A DNA stretch of 64,000 nucleotides, from positions 1 to 64,000 of the IMG/VR virus record IMGVR_UViG_3300042898_006156; one strand, 5' to 3'. The stretch is from a virus. Positions 46,053-54,782 of this stretch are shown here, one piece after another (positions within the stretch are counted from its first letter, which is position 1; every line of letters begins with the position of its first letter). Both the position numbers and the translations under genes were made by a program. The notes under the pieces were generated by a model, which made no database searches, was not told the DNA's origin, and saw nothing but the letters and a program-made list of their open reading frames with translations.

Positions 46053-46742
46053 TTAATCTTCCTCGTATTCAAATCCAAATTGCTTCAGATAAACCCAACA
46101 AGGATCGTCATCAGTTGGAGGTGGTTCTTTTCCAGCGATAAGAGAAATCACTTCTTTTTTGATAAATTCTTCAAATCCATCCAAGTCAAGATCATATTGA
46201 ATATACTTTAACTTTCCACCAAGATTAGCAGATCCATCTTCAGAAATAGAAAATTTATTCGGTTCATATACAAATAAACCAATTTTGTCATTTATCTTTA
46301 CAGAATAATCTGATGCAGAATTTGGATTTGTCATAGCATAACTATAGCAAGATAATTGACGAACATATTTCTGTAAAGTTTTCTCTTGAATTTCACAAGT
46401 TTTGAAATCAATTACAGAATGAGATCCATCAGAAAATTTCAAAACACCATCGATTTTTCCACGTAAAATAACTTCAACATCAGGAAAATCAGGGTTTATG
46501 ATAGGTTTGCTCTTTACCCATTGATCTGCTCCAGTAATAACAGCATCAGGAAAAGATGGATCAAACTCTTTCATATTTTTATTTTCACAGCAAACTTTTG
46601 TTAACACATCAATAACTGTAAAAATACGAGGAATGATTACTGGTGGACGTTTGATACCTAGATTGTACTTCTGATAAAATCCCCAAGGACTATCATCTAG
46701 TAAGAAAGCTAGATCCGATGGGCTTAAAAAAATTGTTTTCAT
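46053..46742 (-). CDS. PD-(D/E)XK nuclease (RecB/Cas4-like superfamily)
   Basis: LSPSDL; LRGKIDGVL...VIDFKT...QLSCY. Confidence 0.85.
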   Translation of the reverse strand: MKTIFLSPSDLAFLLDDSPWGFYQKYNLGIKRPPVIIPRIFTVIDVLTKVCCENKNMKEFDPSFPDAVITGADQWVKSKPIINPDFPDVEVILRGKIDGVLKFSDGSHSVIDFKTCEIQEKTLQKYVRQLSCYSYAMTNPNSASDYSVKINDKIGLFVYEPNKFSISEDGSANLGGKLKYIQYDLDLDGFEEFIKKEVISLIAGKEPPPTDDDPCWVYLKQFGFEYEED

Positions 46743-46866
46743 TTCTTGCCTTTATTGTATAAAGATGTATGGATGATACCTTGTCAATTTTCAGATATCA
46801 AGGGTTGACAAAAGTAATTAATCAGGTATCATAATACAGATCAAGGGATCAAAAGGATATATATCA

Positions 46867-47196
46867 ATGGACGAGTCTACAGACGTTACAGCAGTTGTTA
46901 GTGAGGAGCAGCCAGCAATCTCTCACGATGAGTATCTTGAGTTAGTTTCTATGCGCCAGTCATTACTCGAGCTCAAGGCACAAAAGTCTGATGTTCTTGA
47001 ATTTGTGAACGTTGCTCAACAGTATGCAGCACAACTTCAGCAAGCACAGCAACAATTGACAGCTATTAATGAAGCACTCACCGAGAACACCTCGGCGCTT
47101 CAAGAGCGAATGAAGGAAATTGTTGAGCCTCTTGGTGTTTCTGGTGAGTTTACAATCACTGATACAGAGCCACACTACATCGTAGCTAATTCGTAA
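46867..47196 (+). CDS. coiled-coil hypothetical protein
   Basis: TTGACA-N16-TATCAT promoter at 46805, AAGGA SD, terminator 47210-47240. Confidence 0.8.
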   Translation: MDESTDVTAVVSEEQPAISHDEYLELVSMRQSLLELKAQKSDVLEFVNVAQQYAAQLQQAQQQLTAINEALTENTSALQERMKEIVEPLGVSGEFTITDTEPHYIVANS

Positions 47197-47238
47197 TCTT
47201 TCAAAGCAATAAAAAGCAGGCTGCAAAGCCTGCTTTTT

Positions 47239-47520
47239 TTATGTCTTTATAATTGGAAAGAATGATTGACTTGTAATCAATCCCACTCTACTAGAAGATA
47301 AATCTATAGGTATATCCCATAACCTAGTAATAAAAACTCTTTCTCTTTTAATTTGCAAATAATCTGAAACACATTCAACAAAGAAATCATTCAATTTCCA
47401 CAATTCGGCAGCTTCTTCAAGATAAGAAATCATATTTAAAGTTTGTTTTAAATATGATATATAAGGATGATTTTCAAAGTCTTCATTGTCTCTGAAATCC
47501 ACAATTATAATATTACTCAT
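47239..47520 (-). CDS. hypothetical protein
   Basis: 93 aa. Confidence 0.6.
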   Translation of the reverse strand: MSNIIIVDFRDNEDFENHPYISYLKQTLNMISYLEEAAELWKLNDFFVECVSDYLQIKRERVFITRLWDIPIDLSSSRVGLITSQSFFPIIKT

Positions 47521-47523
47521 ACA

Positions 47524-48066
47524 CTATTCCTTGATTGTTTTATTCTTCTTCTTTGCTTCCTTTATTGCTTCCTTTGCTAATTGTTCATTTCTGAATTGTT
47601 CTTTTGGGTGTCTGTAGCGGAAAATTTCTACTTCAATTCTTGGATTTTCCTTATCATAGTGAATCATATGTGAATCTCTATCTAACCAATGAATCCACAT
47701 ATCGTTAGCAATGATTCCGTGTTTTTGAATAATATCTCCGTTAGCTTGCTGATATCCACATTCATCACCCACAATCCAAGAGTCTAGATAAACTTTGAGT
47801 TTGATACCTATTCCAAAATCGATTGGACTTAATTTAAATCTTTGCCAGAAATATTCACAATATTCTTTACAGTGTAATTCATATCTCTCGTAAAGAGCAG
47901 AAGGTAAAATTTTGGTGAATTTACCCCTTCTAACTACTCTTTGGGAAGTTTTCTTTGTCGATGGTCTACCTGGAATTGTAAATGATAAAATTAATGTATT
48001 ATCTGGTAGGTCTTCATAATTTTTTTCGTCTTCACAAACTAGATGAAATTTTAAAAAATCTTGCAT
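47524..48066 (-). CDS. divergent RusA-like resolvase
   Basis: FTIPGRPSTKK...GDECGY....DII...GIIAND...DKENPRIEVEI. Confidence 0.65.
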   Translation of the reverse strand: MQDFLKFHLVCEDEKNYEDLPDNTLILSFTIPGRPSTKKTSQRVVRRGKFTKILPSALYERYELHCKEYCEYFWQRFKLSPIDFGIGIKLKVYLDSWIVGDECGYQQANGDIIQKHGIIANDMWIHWLDRDSHMIHYDKENPRIEVEIFRYRHPKEQFRNEQLAKEAIKEAKKKNKTIKE

Positions 48067-48085
48067 ACCAAATTTGTACAGGTTG

Positions 48086-49024
48086 CTAGAAAGTTCTTCT
48101 TACAAATGTATTGAAACTAATTCTGGCCGTTATCATTTGACTTGATTTCATATCTAATTCAATTCTTGGCAAAATAAGATAATTTCCAAAATCAATAAAT
48201 CTATGCCCTCTATATGAATCAATCAATCCCATTCCTATAGAATTTTGAAACACATTGAAACTGCCTGGTGCTTGATACAATCTGAAATTCTCAAATTGAA
48301 ATGGAGGTATTGAAATGACAGCATCTCCAGAAATAGAATAACCAGTAATTACATAGTCTGGATTTGTATTTCCATTGTAATAATTATTTCCAACATAAGT
48401 TTTTCTATCACTTACAACACTTATATTGATATTGGCTTGAGTAAGAGCGTAAAAATCACCAAAAATTCTAAATCTGAAATCCCAAAATTTTACTGTTCTT
48501 CCTAAAATTCTTGCTTCTTGAAAACTTTTTCCAGCAGTAGATTTACTGAAACCTAAAGTTTGAGTTCTTTCAAAACCTTGTGGGTATATACTATTTAAAG
48601 TAACTGTAGACATAACTTCCGAAAAATTAAGCGAAAGAGATGCATTGTCTATGAAATAAGGTAAATCTGTTAGTTCATTGACTGGCCTAGATACAAGAGA
48701 TAAATTTTCTAAAATTAAATCAAAAATATCATAAATGCCATATGGAGGAAGATTCTTATTTGCATCTGTGACATTGATGTAAGCATTATCAACAACTTTT
48801 AATTCAGAATCAAGGTCTTTTAATAGTAATATGGGACCAGACATAGTTGCTTGATGTACTGGGTTGCTTACTTCAACAACTCTGTTAGCAATGTCACCTT
48901 GAATGAAAGATTTGCTGTTTACATCTTGTTGTAAATTTTCATTCCAAGAATCAAGTATATATGTTTTACCATTTAGTGATATAGCATAGAAGCTGGATAA
49001 TAATTCTGCAGATAAAATTGGCAT
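48086..49024 (-). CDS. beta-rich structural protein, tail-tube/baseplate-like; paralogue of next gene
   Basis: KSFIQGD, YDIFDL, RTVKFWDFRF, YSISG shared with 49024-49890. Confidence 0.55.
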   Translation of the reverse strand: MPILSAELLSSFYAISLNGKTYILDSWNENLQQDVNSKSFIQGDIANRVVEVSNPVHQATMSGPILLLKDLDSELKVVDNAYINVTDANKNLPPYGIYDIFDLILENLSLVSRPVNELTDLPYFIDNASLSLNFSEVMSTVTLNSIYPQGFERTQTLGFSKSTAGKSFQEARILGRTVKFWDFRFRIFGDFYALTQANINISVVSDRKTYVGNNYYNGNTNPDYVITGYSISGDAVISIPPFQFENFRLYQAPGSFNVFQNSIGMGLIDSYRGHRFIDFGNYLILPRIELDMKSSQMITARISFNTFVRRTF

Positions 49025-49890
49025 TATATTCTTGCATATCCTTTGAATGAAATTTCTGCAGTCATTAAGTTGTCGTTCATTGTAAGATTTAAACTATCTT
49101 CTATTACTGTTTGTCCCAATCTTAAGTATCTATTGCCAACTAATAAAGATATGTTGATATTAGAAACAATTTTAGAATCAAATAAATCTCTCATTTCATA
49201 CCAGTTTTTTGTTGGTACAGTGATAGTTCCTGATACTTCATAAGCTTGAGGAGAATATAATGGATAATCAGACTCTAAATTTAAAAGAAACACCTTGGCA
49301 TATGTTACATTTATATTTATGCTACCAGATAAAACTTTCAACATTTGATCGTTTCCTTCAGTTGCATAAAATCTACAATCATAGTTTTTGGCTGTTCTAG
49401 CTAAAAAATCAAAATTTTGTGGAAAATATTCTGCAAACTCAATTTGCTGAAATAATTGATCAAAATAACAATTGTAATTTAATGTACATCGTATCGAGTT
49501 GCCAATTTGTATAGATGCAGATGTTAGCAAATTTCTTGGTTGTATAAATGTTTGGTTAAATAAGTTTGATTTTACAATTCCAAAATCAGAAATTAATAAA
49601 TCAAAAATATCACGATAACCAGGATTAAATGGCGGAGTCACGACAGTTGGGACGCTACTATTAAGGCTAAATCTTGCTTGTGGAATTTGTAATAAAACAT
49701 CTGAAGACAAAGTACACGTTTGAGTTACTCCATTGTAAGACATCACATTAACACCAGCATCACCTTGAATCAAACTTTTAGCTTGAACGGCTCTAGCAGA
49801 ATTAGATGTAAATTCTTCAACTAAAACTATATTATTGTCATATTTTAGCCAGTGCCATTTACCTATGTGATTAGATGTGTAAATTGCCAT
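49024..49890 (-). CDS. beta-rich structural protein, tail-tube/baseplate-like
   Basis: Start moved to 49890 (MAIYTS); KSLIQGD, RDIFDL, RTAKNYDCRF, YEVSG. Confidence 0.55.
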   Translation of the reverse strand: MAIYTSNHIGKWHWLKYDNNIVLVEEFTSNSARAVQAKSLIQGDAGVNVMSYNGVTQTCTLSSDVLLQIPQARFSLNSSVPTVVTPPFNPGYRDIFDLLISDFGIVKSNLFNQTFIQPRNLLTSASIQIGNSIRCTLNYNCYFDQLFQQIEFAEYFPQNFDFLARTAKNYDCRFYATEGNDQMLKVLSGSININVTYAKVFLLNLESDYPLYSPQAYEVSGTITVPTKNWYEMRDLFDSKIVSNINISLLVGNRYLRLGQTVIEDSLNLTMNDNLMTAEISFKGYARI

Positions 49891-49891
49891 A

Positions 49892-52426
49892 TTATAATTT
49901 TTCTGGATCTGGAACAAATCCAAAAATACCCTCGTCAATTCCCATCAATAATTTTCTCAACTCTTTCAAATCAGCAGGCATATTTCCGCTTTCTATAGCA
50001 TTTTTGAGTCTTTCAAATTGTTGTATTTTTTCGAAATGTTCTTTTTCAGATAAAATTTCATCAACTCTTGATTTGAAAAGTTTCAATGGAGAATTTTCTA
50101 ATGTAGCCAAATCTCTTTGATTAGCTTCTATCATTTTTTGAGCAGAAATCTTTTGTTCTGTTGATGAGTTAGGACTTAAAATTATTCTTGAAGCATTGTC
50201 TATATTGTTTTTGATGCTTTCAACATAGTCATGGTGTTCTTTTATGGTTTTTCTGTCAAACCCAGCTTTGCCAACAAATTCTTTTTTTGCTTGCTTTACT
50301 GCATTTTGTAATTTGTAATGTAAAATTGCAGAATCAATTGCACGAATACATTTTCTTTTATCATCATTTACAATCATCTTGCGAAATTCTGGGTTATCAA
50401 GATTTGCTTGCAATTCAAAATCTACACTATTTTCAATCATCTTTTTAGCTTTACAAAAATTGTTTGTATTGCTACAGCCTGGATAAGAATAGATAATATT
50501 TTTTTCGTCTAATTTCTGGGCAATTGAATTGAATGGAATTTTTAAGTCTTCTTTTTCAAAACTCAAAGCTTCAGTACCCACAATATGAGCAAGTGTAGAG
50601 TAAGTTCTTTTTTTCCATAATGTTTTAAGTTTATATATGTTTCCTATTCTTGTTTTGACACCAGGTACAAGAGGCTCATATTCTTTCATCACTTCACCAG
50701 TTTGAGTACTAATTTTTGGTGGAGGAGTAAACACATTGCCATCAGGATCTAACCAAGGTTTACCCTGGTCTATAATTGTTTTAATATCATCACTATCATA
50801 GCCAAAATATTCTCCAACAAACATTACTTTTGACTTTATAACTGGCTGAAAATTAATTGGATCGATATATTCTAAAACATCTACATATATCATAAAATCT
50901 ATATCAAAATTATTGGCATTAGTTGGACAGTCAGTAGGAATAGGAACTAAAACTTGGTAAGGAATAGCATCAATACCAAATTGCTCTCTTAAAATTTGAA
51001 TAATTTTTGCTTCTTGTTTGGACCTAGTTGTAAGTCCTAAAGCATCATAATTTGGATCAGGAAAATGATTAGAAGATTCTAAAGAATCACTCAACTCTGT
51101 CAAACCTATATCTCTCAAATCACTCCTAAATTGAGTAAGATTACCCTTACAAATACTTACAAAATAAAATCTAATAGCTAAACCTGCTGGGTCTAATGGT
51201 AAAGAATCAGAATGGACTATTTTTGCTAATCCCGGACCATCATAACCTTCTTGAATAAATTCGTAAAGTCTATCTTTTGCGTAGTTGTCTCTTAATGTCA
51301 TTTGAGAGCGTTTAATGAAGTTAACTCTTTTGTCTACTTCAAATGGAATATTTCTGACATCTTGCCCAGGAAAATTTTCTTCAAGGTATTTCATTTCTGA
51401 TGGTGATAAAAAGGGTAAACCTGTACTTGGATCAAATTCTGGTCTGAAAATTCTATAATATGTATTTCTCAATTCTGTACTTCTAAAACCAGTTTGTTTT
51501 ATGACTTCTGGTTTTTCAACTTTTATCTCTTCTATTAATCCAGCGTTCTTAATCATTTCATATAAGTTAAAATTCACTGGATGGTCTATCAATTTCTTCC
51601 ATCTAGCAATTTCTTCTTCATTCATTTTTCCAGATAATGCAAGAATTTTTGTCCAACCACTTTCACCTTTGACATTGGTTTTTTTAACTAGCTTCTGCAC
51701 TTCTTCGTTTATTGCTTCTACGTTTTGAATAACTGTTGGATCAGTAAACTTTGATGGCAGTGGGCTTTTAGATGTCTTTCTTCTGTCTGGGAATAAAATC
51801 TTAAGTGCTTCAACAGGTGTGTTAGTAACCATCACTAATAAATCATTTTCATCAAAATTAGGTATCTGTAAGGCACGACTCTTGATTTCTTTAAATTCAT
51901 CAATAATTTCATTGATTTCTTTTTGAACTTCTTTTGAAATCCAGGTTTTTATAGAAGCGATTTGATCTGGATCTTGATAATCTGGTAGTCTTCCTAAAAT
52001 TTCAGTGGCTTCAGGAGTATTTCTTTTTGATGTTCTACTTAACTCAATCAATTCTGGAATAAATACTTGATTGACACGCTCTAATAATTTCTTGATGATA
52101 ATCTCTGAAACTTGATTTTGATCTAAACCTGTTTGCTCTAATTGTTCTTTGATAGTACAAGCTGATTGAATTAAAGTAGTGATGTTACTTCTGTATTTTT
52201 CAAGGAACTCAAATTGTTGTGGTACACCTGATACTTTTGTTTCTGCTAATAATTTGTATGCAGCCTCAATGCCAATTTCTCCAGCTGCTAATTTTTCACC
52301 AATTTCTCTATCAAGGTATTCAGAAATATAGGCAGCTTTTTCTTCAACTGTTCTTCCTGGAATGTCTTCAGGAGATACTTTAGTGGATAAATCTGCAGCT
52401 AATACGTGTTTGTTTAAATTGAACAT
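49892..52426 (-). CDS. large helical protein with internal PD-(D/E)XK-like nuclease domain and MFN leader
   Basis: TRSKQEAKII..L...FGI....YQ...FDIDFMI...GEYFG...YKLK...K...Y; MFNLNKHVLAA. Confidence 0.65.
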   Translation of the reverse strand: MFNLNKHVLAADLSTKVSPEDIPGRTVEEKAAYISEYLDREIGEKLAAGEIGIEAAYKLLAETKVSGVPQQFEFLEKYRSNITTLIQSACTIKEQLEQTGLDQNQVSEIIIKKLLERVNQVFIPELIELSRTSKRNTPEATEILGRLPDYQDPDQIASIKTWISKEVQKEINEIIDEFKEIKSRALQIPNFDENDLLVMVTNTPVEALKILFPDRRKTSKSPLPSKFTDPTVIQNVEAINEEVQKLVKKTNVKGESGWTKILALSGKMNEEEIARWKKLIDHPVNFNLYEMIKNAGLIEEIKVEKPEVIKQTGFRSTELRNTYYRIFRPEFDPSTGLPFLSPSEMKYLEENFPGQDVRNIPFEVDKRVNFIKRSQMTLRDNYAKDRLYEFIQEGYDGPGLAKIVHSDSLPLDPAGLAIRFYFVSICKGNLTQFRSDLRDIGLTELSDSLESSNHFPDPNYDALGLTTRSKQEAKIIQILREQFGIDAIPYQVLVPIPTDCPTNANNFDIDFMIYVDVLEYIDPINFQPVIKSKVMFVGEYFGYDSDDIKTIIDQGKPWLDPDGNVFTPPPKISTQTGEVMKEYEPLVPGVKTRIGNIYKLKTLWKKRTYSTLAHIVGTEALSFEKEDLKIPFNSIAQKLDEKNIIYSYPGCSNTNNFCKAKKMIENSVDFELQANLDNPEFRKMIVNDDKRKCIRAIDSAILHYKLQNAVKQAKKEFVGKAGFDRKTIKEHHDYVESIKNNIDNASRIILSPNSSTEQKISAQKMIEANQRDLATLENSPLKLFKSRVDEILSEKEHFEKIQQFERLKNAIESGNMPADLKELRKLLMGIDEGIFGFVPDPEKL

Positions 52427-52536
52427 AAATAAAATCCAAATTAGAGATATGATTACTTTTCTTTTTTAGGAGTTTTCAGCCCTTTATATCTAGAATATTA
52501 AAGCTAGTTTAACGTTAGTCCTTGGAGGGTTTAACA

Positions 52537-53382
52537 ATGGCGTTCTCTCTTAAGTTATTTGCTGTGATCAAATGTTTGATTGCGGCTTTATTTATTTTAA
52601 ATTCTCAACAAACATCTTATTTGTTATACTTGAACAACCCAGAAACAATTAATAAGTCAGGAGTACTGCACGATAAAAAATATACACAAAATACAAGAGT
52701 GAGATATTTTGTTCATTATAAGAATGGAACAGATAAGCCACAAAAGTTTTATATGAATTCTGATCTTAAAGTGAAGTCATTGAAAAAATCTTTTAATGCT
52801 CACTATTTGCCTGACAGAGCGGGAGCATATTCGATTAAAAATTTCTTTACAGCCAAACAAAATACTGCTCCTCTTAATGTCTACTGCAAATTAGATCCAG
52901 AAGAAACTATATCTGGCATCATTGAGGGCGAATTTCAACAAAATGACCGGGTCATATGTAGATTAGGTGTAGAGAACAACCCAATAAATTACCTTGATGT
53001 TTTGCAGTTAGATTATAAACTAGAAAAATCTCTTGATGTTTATATGAAAATTCCATCATCAGTTGTTATTGGAGAAAAGATTGAAGGCACAGTTTTAGGT
53101 CAGTATGGTTCTGATATAAAGCTCACTGTAATTCCTCACAAATCAGGAATTATGAAGATGTCTTTCTCTCCTCGTGGTGGTGACGGATTGCTTGTATTTT
53201 CACATAAGGGTAAAATTACAATGACTGAATTTGTATCTGTCAAAAAAGAATCAGATGTATTTCATCTTAAGGTAGAAAAGAATGTACCTGAAGTATTTAC
53301 ATTCATTCCTATTGGTGGATTGAATTACCCAATAAAGATAAATTTCAATCTTTATGATTTTACTGACAAAAATATAGCATAG
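52537..53382 (+). CDS. putative secreted beta-rich protein
   Basis: GGAGG SD; hydrophobic N-terminus; YLNNPE..G.L and GQYG...PRGG motifs. Confidence 0.7.
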   Translation: MAFSLKLFAVIKCLIAALFILNSQQTSYLLYLNNPETINKSGVLHDKKYTQNTRVRYFVHYKNGTDKPQKFYMNSDLKVKSLKKSFNAHYLPDRAGAYSIKNFFTAKQNTAPLNVYCKLDPEETISGIIEGEFQQNDRVICRLGVENNPINYLDVLQLDYKLEKSLDVYMKIPSSVVIGEKIEGTVLGQYGSDIKLTVIPHKSGIMKMSFSPRGGDGLLVFSHKGKITMTEFVSVKKESDVFHLKVEKNVPEVFTFIPIGGLNYPIKINFNLYDFTDKNIA

Positions 53383-53390
53383 GAAACAAG

Positions 53391-53861
53391 ATGGAAGAAC
53401 GAAAAGTTGCTGGCGTAATTGTTGATGAAATGACAGCTGAAGCACAAACAAGAGCTGCTATGGATGAACTTATGGGAGTGGATAGTGATTCCCATAATAT
53501 GAAGTTTGAGAAGATGTATGTTGTCAGAGATGGAGAAACAATCGAAATTGAAGTTCCAGTAGATGACATTGATCTTCTTGATGATATGGATGATGATGAT
53601 CTGACTGAAGAAGGTGAGAGGTCATTAGGAATTATTGATGCTGGTTTTGATACAACAACCAATGAATCTGCATCAAAGAAAAATCGTGATCGTATGGCTG
53701 TAGTTGATGTTGTAATGAATACCAAGGAAGACCAACCAAATATTGTCTGCCCGTATACCGGAAGCACAGATGTTTACCAAGTTAATTCTTCCACTTGGGC
53801 TAGCTACGAAACAGATCAACCATTTTTAGTCAGAGTGCAAATGAACGATGAGGAAGACTAA
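53391..53861 (+). CDS. acidic hypothetical protein
   Basis: 156 aa; CPYTGS near C-terminus. Confidence 0.75.
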   Translation: MEERKVAGVIVDEMTAEAQTRAAMDELMGVDSDSHNMKFEKMYVVRDGETIEIEVPVDDIDLLDDMDDDDLTEEGERSLGIIDAGFDTTTNESASKKNRDRMAVVDVVMNTKEDQPNIVCPYTGSTDVYQVNSSTWASYETDQPFLVRVQMNDEED

Positions 53862-54088
53862 TCTTCCTCATCCTCTAAAATAATTCCAAATCCAAGTTTA
53901 GATTTATCTTCTAATACTTGGATTTCTTTTTTTAAATCACCAATCTCTTCACTAAGATTGTTCATTTGATTTTTGATATCTTTAAAATGTTTGCTGAATG
54001 AAAGAAACAAATCTCCGAGAATTTCACCTAATTCTTCATTAGAAACACTTTCTTTAGACAATATTTCTTCTAATCTTACTTGAGTCAT
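53858..54088 (-). CDS. small coiled-coil protein
   Basis: 76 aa; GAGG SD. Confidence 0.7.
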   Translation of the reverse strand: MTQVRLEEILSKESVSNEELGEILGDLFLSFSKHFKDIKNQMNNLSEEIGDLKKEIQVLEDKSKLGFGIILEDEED

Positions 54089-54291
54089 TATCCTCTCCTT
54101 AATTTCGGCTTTGGATATGATGAATTATTATCTGATTGTGGCGAGTTCATAATCATAGTGAGAATTTCATCAAGTTTCAATTTGCCTTTTCTTGCTTCGT
54201 CTGATTCTAAAGCTGCTTCAGTCAATATTGCTCGTAAATCGTATAATTCAGTAAGTAGCATATCCCGATCAATACTTATTTTCACATTCCC
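54088..54291 (-). CDS. hypothetical protein
   Basis: Probable start near GTG 54285 after GGAGGG SD (track start 54327). Confidence 0.55.
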   Translation of the reverse strand, partial: GNVKISIDRDMLLTELYDLRAILTEAALESDEARKGKLKLDEILTMIMNSPQSDNNSSYPKPKLRRG

Positions 54292-54296
54292 CTCCA

Positions 54297-54782
54297 ATGA
54301 AGAAGCCAGCACAATATAGATTTTCACAAATTAACAATGAGCTCCTATGCTGTTTGGCTAGTCCTGGCATTTTATCAGAAACAAAATTTGTTTTTACGAA
54401 TGATTATGAGATAAAAATACCCAGTACATTATTTGTAGACAACAAGGGAACGACATTTAGAAAAATATGTGATAACTATAAAGACTTCAATAATCAAACA
54501 TATTTAAAATTTAGAAAAATAGAACTTGACATTACAGTTGATTTTTTCATTCCATATTTTAAATCTACAGAATTTCTTTGTATGAGCTGCAATAAATTAC
54601 ATAATGGTAAGACAAACAAATGTTGTCCAATGACTAATAATCCTGTAAAGTTAATCAAAGCGGAATTGTATAAAATTGAGATTCCTAATGTGTTCGATAT
54701 TCCTCATTCTATTGTTAGATCCAGAGCTGAATTTATAGACTTGCATTTTCCAGATATATTGTCTACAATGCTAGTGAGATGA
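54297..54782 (+). CDS. hypothetical protein with Cys cluster
   Basis: CMSC...CC; ATGA overlap with sbcC-N. Confidence 0.65.
   Translation: MKKPAQYRFSQINNELLCCLASPGILSETKFVFTNDYEIKIPSTLFVDNKGTTFRKICDNYKDFNNQTYLKFRKIELDITVDFFIPYFKSTEFLCMSCNKLHNGKTNKCCPMTNNPVKLIKAELYKIEIPNVFDIPHSIVRSRAEFIDLHFPDILSTMLVR

Noticed and set aside
46053-46742. Cas4 as part of a CRISPR system
   Set aside because: PD-(D/E)XK motifs are present, but the four-Cys Fe-S pattern is not evident and there is no array or cas1/cas2; treated as a generic phage nuclease.
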